Shown here: positions 37,360-46,572 of the stretch, in pieces
Layout: the number at the start of each line of letters is the position of its first letter
How positions within the stretch are numbered: the first letter of the stretch is position 1
Source: Candidatus Moraniibacteriota bacterium
Lineage (GTDB): Bacteria > Patescibacteriota > Minisyncoccia > Moranbacterales > UBA1568
Assembly: GCA_028688415.1 (NCBI GenBank)
Contig: JAQTYF010000001.1
Location: 272,627 to 336,626, forward strand
Reading direction: 5' to 3'
DNA: 64,000 nt
Made by a program: the position numbers and the translations under genes
The notes under the pieces: model-generated
What the model was told of the DNA's origin: nothing
Database searches by the model: none
What the model saw: the letters and a program-made list of their open reading frames with translations, nothing else

Positions 37360-38622
37360 ATGGAAGAAGTTTCAGAAGATATACGCTATACGAAAGGAAA
37401 ACATCTTTTTCAGAAGGGAATTCGTTTTTTCTTTATTTTGTTTATCGTTGTCATTGTTTTCTCTCTTGGATATGAACGAGGTCACGACACTCCAGACACT
37501 ATCGCACCATTGTCTCCGAATGAAGCACTTATCATCAACAAGAATAGCAAAGAAAAAACAATTGATTTCGCACTTTTCTGGAAGGTATGGGATCTCCTCA
37601 AGGAAAAATATGTAGACAGTGAAAATCTCAATGCACATACGCTTTTCTACGGTGCAATCAAGGGAATGCTCGCCGCAAGCGGTGATCCGTATACCACATT
37701 TTTTGATCCAAAAGAAAATAAAGCTTTTGAAGAGGATATTTCTGGAACATTCGATGGTATAGGTGCTGAAATGGGTATCAAGGATGATGTGCTCAGTATT
37801 ATTGCACCGCTCGAAGGTATGCCAGCAGAGAAAGCTGGTCTGATTGCCGGGGATAAAGTTGTGAAAATCGACGAACAATCAACGGCAACAATGACACTCG
37901 AAGAAGCAGTCGATAAAATCCGCGGACCACGAGGAACAGAGGTCATACTCACTGTATTCCGATCAGGAGAAGAAGAATATCGGACCATCACCGTGAAGCG
38001 TGATATGATTCTTGTGAAAAGTGTCCGTTTTGAAATGAAAGAAGGAACTATTGCTTATATCCGCATCAATCGTTTCGGAGAAGATACAGAAAGAGAGTTT
38101 CGTGATGCTGTAAAACAGACGCTTGCGAACAAGCCAGCTGGACTTATTATCGATGTTCGTAATAATCCTGGTGGATTCCTCGAGACATCTCTCGATATTG
38201 CGAGCACAATGCTTCCTAAAGGAAAAATCATTGTAATGGAAGAGAACGGAAAGAAAGAACGGAAAGAATTATTGGCACATGGTGGCGATGTACTCAGTAC
38301 TTTACCGACAATCGTACTTATCAATGAGGGGAGTGCGAGCGCATCTGAAATTCTCGCTGGAGCGCTCAAGGATAATCGCGACAATGTCACACTTGTCGGA
38401 GAAAAATCATTTGGAAAAGGATCTGTACAAGAACTCATCCCAGTAGGAAAAGATACCGCTGTCAAGATAACTGTCGCTCGTTGGCTGACCCCAAAGGGAC
38501 AGCAAATAAACAACGAAGGTATTGCTCCTGATGTCGAAATCAAACTAAGTCTTGAGGACATGAAAGAGAAACGAGATACTCAACTCGACAAAGCAATAGA
38601 AATACTCAAAAAGAAAGAGTAA
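37360..38622 (+). CDS. ctpA: C-terminal processing peptidase (S41, CtpA) with PDZ domain
   Basis: Has a PDZ domain (GMPAEKAGLIAGDKVVKIDE), VLINEGSASASEILAGAL (catalytic Ser) and GEKSFGKGSVQ (catalytic Lys). Confidence 0.88.
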   Translation: MEEVSEDIRYTKGKHLFQKGIRFFFILFIVVIVFSLGYERGHDTPDTIAPLSPNEALIINKNSKEKTIDFALFWKVWDLLKEKYVDSENLNAHTLFYGAIKGMLAASGDPYTTFFDPKENKAFEEDISGTFDGIGAEMGIKDDVLSIIAPLEGMPAEKAGLIAGDKVVKIDEQSTATMTLEEAVDKIRGPRGTEVILTVFRSGEEEYRTITVKRDMILVKSVRFEMKEGTIAYIRINRFGEDTEREFRDAVKQTLANKPAGLIIDVRNNPGGFLETSLDIASTMLPKGKIIVMEENGKKERKELLAHGGDVLSTLPTIVLINEGSASASEILAGALKDNRDNVTLVGEKSFGKGSVQELIPVGKDTAVKITVARWLTPKGQQINNEGIAPDVEIKLSLEDMKEKRDTQLDKAIEILKKKE

Positions 38623-38634
38623 CTATTCTATCAA

Positions 38635-38663
38635 TTGACGAAAAGAATGAAAGTTTCTATACT
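38635..38663 (+). promoter_or_regulatory. sigma-70-type promoter for groES (TTGACG-17 nt-TATACT)
   Basis: Consensus-like -35 and -10 boxes with 17-nt spacing about 37 nt upstream of the groES ATG. No CIRCE element is seen. Confidence 0.6.
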
Positions 38664-38699
38664 GGAAAATACTGATTAATTCATAACAAGAATGAATGT

Positions 38700-38975
38700 A
38701 TGAAAAAAAATACTATCAAACCACTTGGAGAAAACGTACTCATCAAACCACTTAAGGCTGAAACCAAGACCTCAGCCGGTATCTATCTCCCTGAATCAGC
38801 GACCAAGGAGCATTCTCAGCTCGGTACGGTTATTGCTATTGGTGAGAGCGATAAAATCAAAGTAAAAAGCAACGCAAAAGTTGTTTTCAGGCGCTATGGT
38901 GGCGAAGAAGTCAAGATAGAAGGTGAAGAATATCTTATTTCAAACTACAAGGATATTCTTGCTGTCATTGAATAA
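38700..38975 (+). CDS. groES: co-chaperonin GroES
   Basis: Reads MKKNTIKPLGENVLIKP…TKTSAGIYLP…GTVIAIG and is 91 aa. Confidence 0.92.
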   Translation: MKKNTIKPLGENVLIKPLKAETKTSAGIYLPESATKEHSQLGTVIAIGESDKIKVKSNAKVVFRRYGGEEVKIEGEEYLISNYKDILAVIE

Positions 38976-38995
38976 AGTAGAGAACCTCTTCCAAT

Positions 38996-39030
38996 AAAAA
39001 GCCGGACAAGTGTCCGGCTTTTTCTTTTTT
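38996..39030 (+). terminator. rho-independent terminator after groES (gccggaca-ag-tgtccggc + T-run)
   Basis: Perfect 8-bp stem followed by TTTTTCTTTTTT. Confidence 0.8.
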
Positions 39031-39045
39031 CTCTTGTTACTTCTC

Positions 39046-39891
39046 TTATGGTTCTAGTGTCAATCCTGATTCAGAAGAAAGATGTGTGTTCCCTATGAGT
39101 GTCTGGGCCGTGAAAACACCAAGATCAGCTAGTCGTACACCTCCTTGATACGAAATATCAGCATTTTCTCCATACACAACAATAATACGACCAAAAGGAA
39201 CTTCTTCCACACGCCGTTCCAGCTCTGAGAGAGGAATATGGAACGCACCTGCTATATGTTTCTTCTGATAATTCTCATTTGTCTGGACATCGAAAAGAAC
39301 CATTTTTGACGCATCCTCCTTCAACAATGTTTTGAGTGTTTTGAGTTCAATGTAATTCACTTTGGACTGATCAATGAGAGAATTCGGGTCGCCCATCGAA
39401 ATGACCGGGGCACCGAAGTTTTTCCAAGCCTCTATACCACCTTTAAGAAAGAAAAACGGGGATGATTTTTGCTCTAAGATATTCTTGGAGGTTTCCATTT
39501 TTTGGAAATCAGATTCAGAAAGAACAATCACTAGTATTGTTTCTTTCTCGACAGAAAGAGCGCTGAGAGCACTCAGGGAAAGCGGTACGGAATGTGCGAT
39601 ATGAGCCTCTTCAAAAGCTGTTTCTGATCGAATATCAATGATATGTATCTTGTCACCATTCTGCATCTTTTTCCACAGGACATCAGAAGTGATAGTGGGA
39701 ACATCTGTTTTTTTTGTATCAATAACGACAGACTGTATTTCCGTGATATCTTCTTTTTGAAAGATACTTCTACTGATGAAATAGGCACCGACAAATACTA
39801 TCAGCACTGATCCGACGACGAGCGCTCTTTTGTCATGAATACTGGTTCTCGAATACGTCATAGTATTAACGCAAAAAACTTCCGATAATAT
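39046..39891 (-). CDS. tandem rhodanese-domain protein with N-terminal TM anchor
   Basis: Two rhodanese-like modules (…IHIIDIRSETAFEEAHIAHSVPL… and …MVLFDVQTNENYQKKHIAGAFHIPL…). The ORF extends to 40020, but M at 39891 follows the fmt stop region. Confidence 0.65.
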   Translation of the reverse strand: MLSEVFCVNTMTYSRTSIHDKRALVVGSVLIVFVGAYFISRSIFQKEDITEIQSVVIDTKKTDVPTITSDVLWKKMQNGDKIHIIDIRSETAFEEAHIAHSVPLSLSALSALSVEKETILVIVLSESDFQKMETSKNILEQKSSPFFFLKGGIEAWKNFGAPVISMGDPNSLIDQSKVNYIELKTLKTLLKEDASKMVLFDVQTNENYQKKHIAGAFHIPLSELERRVEEVPFGRIIVVYGENADISYQGGVRLADLGVFTAQTLIGNTHLSSESGLTLEP

Positions 39892-40939
39892 CCTTGTTCC
39901 CCAATAAAAATTCTTGTATAGAGAGGCGATTTTTTCCTTCGAGCTGTACTTCTTCCAAGAAAACAACTCCTTCACTCGTCTGAACACCGATCTTTTCACC
40001 TGTTTCGAATATTTGACCAAGAGGATGATGGATTTGTGGAGATTGTTTCTGATAGGAAATACGGTGGAGTTTCAATCGTAAATAAGCGCTATCTTTCGTT
40101 AAGAAAGAAAAGATACCTGGCCATGGATACAATGCTCGATATCGATTGTAGATACTCTCCGCCGTATCTGTCCACATAATATGACCATCTTCTCGCTCAA
40201 TGAGTTGGCACAGTGTCGCCTCATCATTTTTTTGTGGAATTGATTGGATAGTACGTTGTATGAAACGAGGGAGTGTTTCAAGAAGTAAGTCTGTTCCCGC
40301 TTGTGTCAGACGAATACTGAGAGATTCTCTCGTATCATCTGGTTCAATCACTATTTTCTTCTGAGTCAGGATATCGCCCGTATCCATACCCTGGTCCATG
40401 AGCATGACGGTCACACCGGTTTCTGTAGCACCAGAAAGAATCGCATTCTGGATAGGGGAGGCACCGCGCCACTTGGGAAGAAGTGAGGCGTGTACATTGA
40501 TACAGCCAAATCCAGGAGTTTCAAGAATTGCTTTGGGCAATATTTTTCCGTAGGCAGCAACAATAATCAAATCTGGTTCTAATTTTTTTATACTTTCAAT
40601 AGTTTGTTCATCGAATCGCTCTGGCTGGAGGAGAGGAAGATTATAAGCCTGAGCTGTCTTTTTTACAGCGCTCTCTGTTTCTTCTTGTTTACGACCTACA
40701 GGCTTATCTTGTTTGGTCACGACACTGATGATGTGATATTTTTCTTCAATAAGTGCTGATAAAATATGAGAAGCAAACTCAGGTGTTCCCATGAAAAGAG
40801 TACGGATTTTTGGAGCGCCAGTCCAGATTTCCTTCTCTGGTAAAGAATGCTGAGTAGCAGTTGCGGCAGGCGATATCTCTTTTTCCGAAGTATTTTTTTG
40901 AGAAGGAGTGCGTCGTATAAGATCAAAGAAAGCAGCCAT
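39866..40939 (-). CDS. fmt: methionyl-tRNA formyltransferase
   Basis: Carries IRTLFMGTPEFA…CINVHASLLPKWRGASPIQ…VTVM. The ORF has a roughly 49-aa N-terminal extension before the canonical MGTPEF, so the start is uncertain. Confidence 0.88.
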   Translation of the reverse strand: MAAFFDLIRRTPSQKNTSEKEISPAATATQHSLPEKEIWTGAPKIRTLFMGTPEFASHILSALIEEKYHIISVVTKQDKPVGRKQEETESAVKKTAQAYNLPLLQPERFDEQTIESIKKLEPDLIIVAAYGKILPKAILETPGFGCINVHASLLPKWRGASPIQNAILSGATETGVTVMLMDQGMDTGDILTQKKIVIEPDDTRESLSIRLTQAGTDLLLETLPRFIQRTIQSIPQKNDEATLCQLIEREDGHIMWTDTAESIYNRYRALYPWPGIFSFLTKDSAYLRLKLHRISYQKQSPQIHHPLGQIFETGEKIGVQTSEGVVFLEEVQLEGKNRLSIQEFLLGNKDIIGSFLR

Positions 40940-40948
40940 ATTTTTTTC

Positions 40949-41419
40949 TTAGAGAATTATCGAAGATTTTTTCTGTTGTTTTTTGTAACGATTGATAATA
41001 AGTATGCCATCGAGATGATCTACCTCATGCTGGATGACGATAGCAAGGAATCCTGTCGCGCGCATTTTCTTTGGCAATCCTTTTTCATTCTGATAGCGGA
41101 GGGTTATCTCTTCTGATCGAATAATAGGAAAGAACTGTCCAGGAAGACTGAGGCAACCTTCTTCGAAAACGATTTTTTCTTGAGAATGGGAAGTGATTTC
41201 TGGATTAATGAGATAATAAATTTTTCCATCTACTTCAGCCACCGCAAGACGAATCGACTGATCGATCTGCGGAGCCGCCAAACCTACTCCATTCTCCTGA
41301 TGCATCGTCTCTACCATCTGAGGAAGGAGTGCTTGAATTTCAGGAGACAAAGGATCTTTGATTAATTCCGTTTTTTTTAAGAGGATTTCAGTTGTCTCAC
41401 CGGTTATAAGTGTCAGCAT
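40949..41419 (-). CDS. def: peptide deformylase
   Basis: Carries GVGLAAPQ, EGCLSLPG and HEVDHLDG, the three Def motifs. Confidence 0.93.
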   Translation of the reverse strand: MLTLITGETTEILLKKTELIKDPLSPEIQALLPQMVETMHQENGVGLAAPQIDQSIRLAVAEVDGKIYYLINPEITSHSQEKIVFEEGCLSLPGQFFPIIRSEEITLRYQNEKGLPKKMRATGFLAIVIQHEVDHLDGILIINRYKKQQKKSSIIL

Positions 41420-41422
41420 ATT

Positions 41423-43405
41423 TCAGAGGAATGAAAGTGGATCAATGTCTATAATAAAAGTCATGTCTATTTTTTCAAGAAAAACCTGGAGATCTTCTGG
41501 AAGGGATTTTTCTTTGGGTATACGTATAAGTGTTCTGCAAGTAAATATTTTCTTTCCGATATTCTTCTTTGCTTCATTTGGAATACTGAGACGATGGCGA
41601 ATATGTCTTTCAGTCAGAAGTGTTTCGATATTCTGACCTATTTTCTTTGCATTTTTCAGAGATTCTTCTTCTGTTTTCCCTTGGGAAATGATAGAAATAA
41701 GTCTCGAGAACGGTGGATAGAAGAGGTCTTCACGCTCAGCAAGTATCCGTTCTCCAAAGGCTTTTGAATCGAGAGATCCAATTCTCTGAAAAAAAGTACT
41801 CTCTGGATGAAATGTCTGGACGATCACTCGCCTTTTCGAACACATTTCTTGTGATTTTGTGTCTTGTACCACAAACCGTGTCAACGTCTGAAAAAGCTTC
41901 TCATCAGCCCGAAAATCTGGAAAAGAGAGGAGGCTATCCGTATCAATCATACCAATCAAAGACAGTTTGGGCAAGGTTTGTCCTTTGATCACCATTTGTG
42001 TACCAATGAGAATATCGACATTTCCCGAAGAAACATCCGTATGAAATTTTTGTATGTTTTTTTCTGTACGCATAGTCGCACCATCTGCTCGAAAGACACG
42101 GGCACCAGGAAAAAGTTTTTTGATCTCTCGTTCGATTCGTTCGGTACCAAATCCGACATGACGAAACGTCAGGTGTCCACACTGTGGGCAACCCGGAAAA
42201 GAATCTGTCGTATAATGACAACCGAGACACTTGAACGTCCCTTCTTTCGTACTTGAGAGCACGTGTCCAGACTTGGGACAACGAAAAATATTTTTGCAAT
42301 TTTCACAGACAGAAAAGGCATCCATTCCCTGACGATGGATATAGAGGAGGGCTTGTTCTTTGTGATTCATCGTTTCCTGTAACGCTGTGATCAGCTCTTG
42401 TGAGAGAGGGGAATAATTCTTTCGAAAACGTTCCAAGCGTAAATTCACTATCTGAAGCGACGCCAGGAGTGGAGGAGAAAGGGTCAGTGGATGAAGCAGG
42501 GAATACTCTTCTTTTTTGAGAGAAGAAAGACTCTCTATGCTCGGTATTCCTGAAGTAAAGATGAGTTTTACATGACTCTCTCTGACGAGCGCCTTCGCGA
42601 CATTTCTTGCGTCATAGCGTGGACTCATCGTCCATTGTTTGTAACTCTCATCTTGTTCTTCGAGAACAATGACAGCTCCCAAATTCTGAAACGGAGCGAA
42701 AAGTCCTTGTCTCGTCGAAAGAACAATAGAAGCTTCTCCGCTTCGAATACGTTCCCAATTTTTCGAATAGAGACCATCGGATAATTTACTTTGTACAAGA
42801 GCGATTTTTTCTTGTGGAAAATATCGAGCAAACAATGTTTCGAGTGCTGGTAAGAGAATTATTTCAGGAACAATAACAAGTGTCTGCTCTTTTTTTGTTG
42901 CCAGTTTCTTCGTGAGTTTGACGAGAAAAGCATCAAAATCACTGAGAGAAGATGTCTGGAGATAGCTGATAGATCCTGATTTCATTGCAAGAAATGTTTC
43001 CAGTATTTCATTATCAGATTTTCCTAACCGAACAATTTCTGTCGATGTCGAAAGCGATGTTTCTTTTTTCTTTGGAAGAATATATTTCGGAAGAAAATGT
43101 TTGAGTACCTTCCCGAGTGAAGTAAAATATTCTTCACTCATGAATAATGCAAGAGCGAGCTGGGATGGAGTGAGTGATTTTTCTCGAACAATTTTGGAAA
43201 TATACTTCATCCAAATTGGTGCTTTGCCAGGAAGCGGAGCAACACCAAAAACAACCCCTTCGAGAGATCGTTTCCCAAAGGAAATAGCAACAAGCGATCC
43301 AGGAGCTATCGGATCCTTCGAGAGATAGCTAAAAAGTGGAGATTTCCCGAGTGGCAGGATAAGAAGAGGGGCAACCTCGATTCGGTAGAGTTCAGATTTT
43401 TTCAT
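41423..43405 (-). CDS. priA: primosomal protein N' (PriA helicase)
   Basis: A 660-aa protein with an internal Cys-rich zinc-binding insert (CENCKN…CPKSGH…CLGCHY…CPQCGH) typical of PriA, and a helicase core. The priA-def-fmt gene order is also typical. Confidence 0.8.
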   Translation of the reverse strand: MKKSELYRIEVAPLLILPLGKSPLFSYLSKDPIAPGSLVAISFGKRSLEGVVFGVAPLPGKAPIWMKYISKIVREKSLTPSQLALALFMSEEYFTSLGKVLKHFLPKYILPKKKETSLSTSTEIVRLGKSDNEILETFLAMKSGSISYLQTSSLSDFDAFLVKLTKKLATKKEQTLVIVPEIILLPALETLFARYFPQEKIALVQSKLSDGLYSKNWERIRSGEASIVLSTRQGLFAPFQNLGAVIVLEEQDESYKQWTMSPRYDARNVAKALVRESHVKLIFTSGIPSIESLSSLKKEEYSLLHPLTLSPPLLASLQIVNLRLERFRKNYSPLSQELITALQETMNHKEQALLYIHRQGMDAFSVCENCKNIFRCPKSGHVLSSTKEGTFKCLGCHYTTDSFPGCPQCGHLTFRHVGFGTERIEREIKKLFPGARVFRADGATMRTEKNIQKFHTDVSSGNVDILIGTQMVIKGQTLPKLSLIGMIDTDSLLSFPDFRADEKLFQTLTRFVVQDTKSQEMCSKRRVIVQTFHPESTFFQRIGSLDSKAFGERILAEREDLFYPPFSRLISIISQGKTEEESLKNAKKIGQNIETLLTERHIRHRLSIPNEAKKNIGKKIFTCRTLIRIPKEKSLPEDLQVFLEKIDMTFIIDIDPLSFL

Positions 43406-43487
43406 ATATCTATTCTAACACAGAAGAAGTGCTTATCTTAGTATTCAGCACCCTAAAGCCAATTTTTCATCATCGTTCCACCTCTCA

Positions 43488-43566
43488 CAAGAGCTCTCAG
43501 TATTACGAAAAAAGCAGTCTCCAATCTACACAATCACAACTTCTTTTTTCGATCTGAGAGCTCTTG
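43488..43566. promoter_or_regulatory. pair of inverted 13-bp sites (caagagctctcag … ctgagagctcttg), each containing palindromic agagctct, in the priA/thpR divergent region
   Basis: Read directly. The spacing is 53 bp. Confidence 0.5.
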
Positions 43567-43679
43567 CTCAGTCAGTGTGGAAAGGATGATGAAAAATTCT
43601 TTTGGGTGTTGAATACATATACTTAATTCGACTGTCTCTTGATTTTTTGGCTCTTTTCCGCTACGCTCATAATACACTT

Positions 43680-44228
43680 ATGAACAAAACACGTCGATTA
43701 TTCGTCGGTATTCCGCTTTCTTCGCAACTTCGCAAGAGGCTTATGCAAGAAATGGAACTCTGGCCCAAAGAAGCTGTCCTGCGTACGACGGAAGAAAATC
43801 TTCACGTAACGCTTTTTTTCTTGGGATTTGTTCAAGAAGAAGAGGTGGGGGAAATGTGTCGAAGGGTTGGAGAAGTATGTAAAAACATTGAATCTTTCGA
43901 ACTCTCGTTCACGAGCATGACTTTAATGGAGAATGCAGAAAATCCAAAAATGATTTGGTTGACAGGGGAACCGAGCGATGAACTTCGTTCCGTTTTAGAG
44001 AAGATTGAAAAAGCTTTTTCATCATTTATCAGTGAGAAAAAAATATACCGTCCTCACGTTACTCTGGCAAAGATAAAAAAGTCCAAATGGTTGAAGCTCG
44101 AAACAAAACCTGTTCTCAAAGAATCAGTATTACTCAATGAAACAGTAGAAGACATCGCAGTTTTTGAAAGTCTCTCTCTTGATGGGAAACGTCGTTATGA
44201 CCCGATTGATACTTTTTCTCTTCTCTAG
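43680..44228 (+). CDS. thpR: RNA 2',3'-cyclic phosphodiesterase (2H phosphoesterase, ThpR/LigT)
   Basis: Two H-x-T-x motifs (LHVTLFFLG and PHVTLAKI). Begins MNKTRRLFVGIPL. Confidence 0.85.
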   Translation: MNKTRRLFVGIPLSSQLRKRLMQEMELWPKEAVLRTTEENLHVTLFFLGFVQEEEVGEMCRRVGEVCKNIESFELSFTSMTLMENAENPKMIWLTGEPSDELRSVLEKIEKAFSSFISEKKIYRPHVTLAKIKKSKWLKLETKPVLKESVLLNETVEDIAVFESLSLDGKRRYDPIDTFSLL

Positions 44229-44252
44229 TTTCTGCCTCTTATCAACGCGTCT

Positions 44253-45005
44253 ATGGAAATACTCGGGACCACTATCGACAATCTCACACGAGAAGAAATA
44301 TTGGCACAAATAAAAATATTTTTGGATGAACCAAAATTTCATCAGATTGCCACTGTCAATCCAGAATTTCTCCTTGAGGCAAAGAAAAACAAAGCTTTTC
44401 ATACGATATTGCAAAATTGTGATCTACGTATTGCAGATGGATTTGGTATCACTCTTACAATGCTTTTTCGAGGAGAGAGACTCAAATGCCGTTTCCCTGG
44501 TGCTGATCTGATGGAAGAAATATTGTCCATTGCCAATGAAAAAAAAATCAGTATATATCTTGCTATCAAAAAAGACGGGCTCAGTTCTTTCGATGAAGTA
44601 AGGCAAGCGCTTTTAGAAAGATATCCTACATTAGTGGTTGACGGAGATACTATTGATGTAAATGAGATTTACGATTTAAGATTTAAGATGTTAGAGTCCA
44701 AAATCAAAAATCTAAAATCTAAAATCATTCTTTGTAATTTCGGATCACCGACGCAAGAGATATTCCTTTCTCGTTTGCGTCAGCAGACACGATCAGTGCG
44801 TCTGGCTATGGGTGTCGGTGGCTCCTTCGACTACCTCACCAAGAAGCAAAAACGCGCACCGAGGTGGTTACAGAGCATTGGTCTCGAATGGTTATGGCGA
44901 CTCATACAACAACCACAAAGATGGTACAGAATATGGAATGCCGTCGTTCTTTTCCCTTTTTATGTATTTTTCGCTACAATACAGAAACACGATCATAACA
45001 CCTAA
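44253..45005 (+). CDS. WecB/TagA/CpsF (GT26) family glycosyltransferase
   Basis: Carries …IATVNPEFLLEA…LRIADGFGI…SPTQEIFLSR…MGVGGSFDYLTKKQKRAPRWLQSIGLEWLWRLIQQP, the GT26 C-terminal signature. It contains a low-complexity insert encoded by a DNA inverted repeat. Confidence 0.85.
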   Translation: MEILGTTIDNLTREEILAQIKIFLDEPKFHQIATVNPEFLLEAKKNKAFHTILQNCDLRIADGFGITLTMLFRGERLKCRFPGADLMEEILSIANEKKISIYLAIKKDGLSSFDEVRQALLERYPTLVVDGDTIDVNEIYDLRFKMLESKIKNLKSKIILCNFGSPTQEIFLSRLRQQTRSVRLAMGVGGSFDYLTKKQKRAPRWLQSIGLEWLWRLIQQPQRWYRIWNAVVLFPFYVFFATIQKHDHNT

Positions 45006-45016
45006 CACATACCCTT

Positions 45017-46540
45017 ATGTCTGAAACATCTCCAGTCCGCCTCCGTTTTGCTCCATCACCGACAGGTCAACTTCACGTCGGTGGTCTCCGTACTGCACTT
45101 TACAATTATTTTTTTGTAAGAAAAAATAAAGGGATTTTCATACTACGCATCGAAGATACTGATCAGAAACGCTTTGTTCCAGGAGCAGCCGAGAGTCTCG
45201 TTACCATCCTTGATACTATGGGGATGCATCAGGATGAGGGTGTTTTTATAGAAAATGGCACGCTCATACAAAAGGGTACATATGGTCCATACATCCAATC
45301 AGAACGACTCCCACTCTATCAGGAATATGTTCAGAAACTTATAGAATCTGAAAAAGCCTACTATTGTTTTTGTAGCGTCTCTCGACTATCAGCACTTCGT
45401 GAAGAACAAACTAAGGATAAACTCGCACCGAGATACGACAAACATTGCCTCGGACTTTCTACTGAAGAGATAGAAGAACGTCTCGAAGCGAAAGAACCCT
45501 ATGTCATCCGTCTCAATGTTGATACGAATCGTGGCGATATCGTGTTCGATGATCTCGTACGAGGAAGAGTGTCTATCAACGCACGGGATGTCGACGATCA
45601 TGTACTGATGAAATCAGACGGATTTCCGACCTATCATCTCGCCAACGTCGTCGACGACCATCTCATGCATATTACGCATGTTATACGTGCGGAAGAATGG
45701 ATATCTAGCACACCGAAACATATTTTGATATATGAGGCTTTAGAATTCTCGATTCCACAGTTCGCCCATTTGCCACTCCTCCTCAATCCTGACAAAAGTA
45801 AACTTTCGAAGCGTCAAGGTGATGTCGCTGTCGAAGATTATTTGAAAAAAGGCTATCTCAAAGAAACCCTCATCAATTTTATCGCACTCCTCGGATGGAA
45901 TCCTGGAGCAGGAAGTACGCAAGAAATATTTACTCTCGATGAACTCGTAGAAAAATTTGATCTCACACAAGTCCACAAAGCGGGGGCGGTGTTTGATCTG
46001 AAAAAGCTCGATTGGATGAATACAGAGTATATCAAGAAACTCAGTCTCGATGAGCTCTACGCTCGCGGACTCCCTTTTCTTTCAGAAAAAGAATTCTTCA
46101 AAGCGTGGGTAAGCCGACAAACAACATTAAGCGGAGAAGAAAAAGAATCCTTTGTAAAAAGAGTACTTCGTGTCGAACAAGACCGTCTGACGAAACTCTC
46201 CGACATCGGTGATAATAATCCTTTCTTTTTCGTAGACACATTGACGTACGAGACCTCAATGCTTCACTGGAAACAGAACACTCCTCTCCAAACGAAAGAA
46301 GCTCTCGATGGAGCTCTCGAAACACTTTCTGCACTGACTCTCGAAGAATGGGCACAGAAAGAAACCATAGAAAAAGTACTTATGGACAAGGCAGGAGAAA
46401 AAAGAGGGGACTTCCTCTGGCCGCTCCGTGTCGCTCTCACAGGAGCTGAGCGATCACCATCACCGTTTGATGTGGCATGGGTCTTGGGACAAGACGAAAG
46501 CCTCCGACGAATCGAATCTGCCCTCGCCAAACTGGCATAA
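45017..46540 (+). CDS. gltX: glutamyl-tRNA synthetase
   Basis: Carries RFAPSPTGQLHVGG (HIGH) and KLSKRQG (KMSKS). Confidence 0.93.
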   Translation: MSETSPVRLRFAPSPTGQLHVGGLRTALYNYFFVRKNKGIFILRIEDTDQKRFVPGAAESLVTILDTMGMHQDEGVFIENGTLIQKGTYGPYIQSERLPLYQEYVQKLIESEKAYYCFCSVSRLSALREEQTKDKLAPRYDKHCLGLSTEEIEERLEAKEPYVIRLNVDTNRGDIVFDDLVRGRVSINARDVDDHVLMKSDGFPTYHLANVVDDHLMHITHVIRAEEWISSTPKHILIYEALEFSIPQFAHLPLLLNPDKSKLSKRQGDVAVEDYLKKGYLKETLINFIALLGWNPGAGSTQEIFTLDELVEKFDLTQVHKAGAVFDLKKLDWMNTEYIKKLSLDELYARGLPFLSEKEFFKAWVSRQTTLSGEEKESFVKRVLRVEQDRLTKLSDIGDNNPFFFVDTLTYETSMLHWKQNTPLQTKEALDGALETLSALTLEEWAQKETIEKVLMDKAGEKRGDFLWPLRVALTGAERSPSPFDVAWVLGQDESLRRIESALAKLA

Positions 46541-46572
46541 TTTTCAGGGTGTTCTTGTGGTATAATAAAAAG

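Noticed and set aside
38600-38700. CIRCE heat-shock operator upstream of groES
   Set aside because: I searched by eye for TTAGCACTC…GAGTGCTAA-like inverted repeats. Only a sigma-70-type promoter is present.
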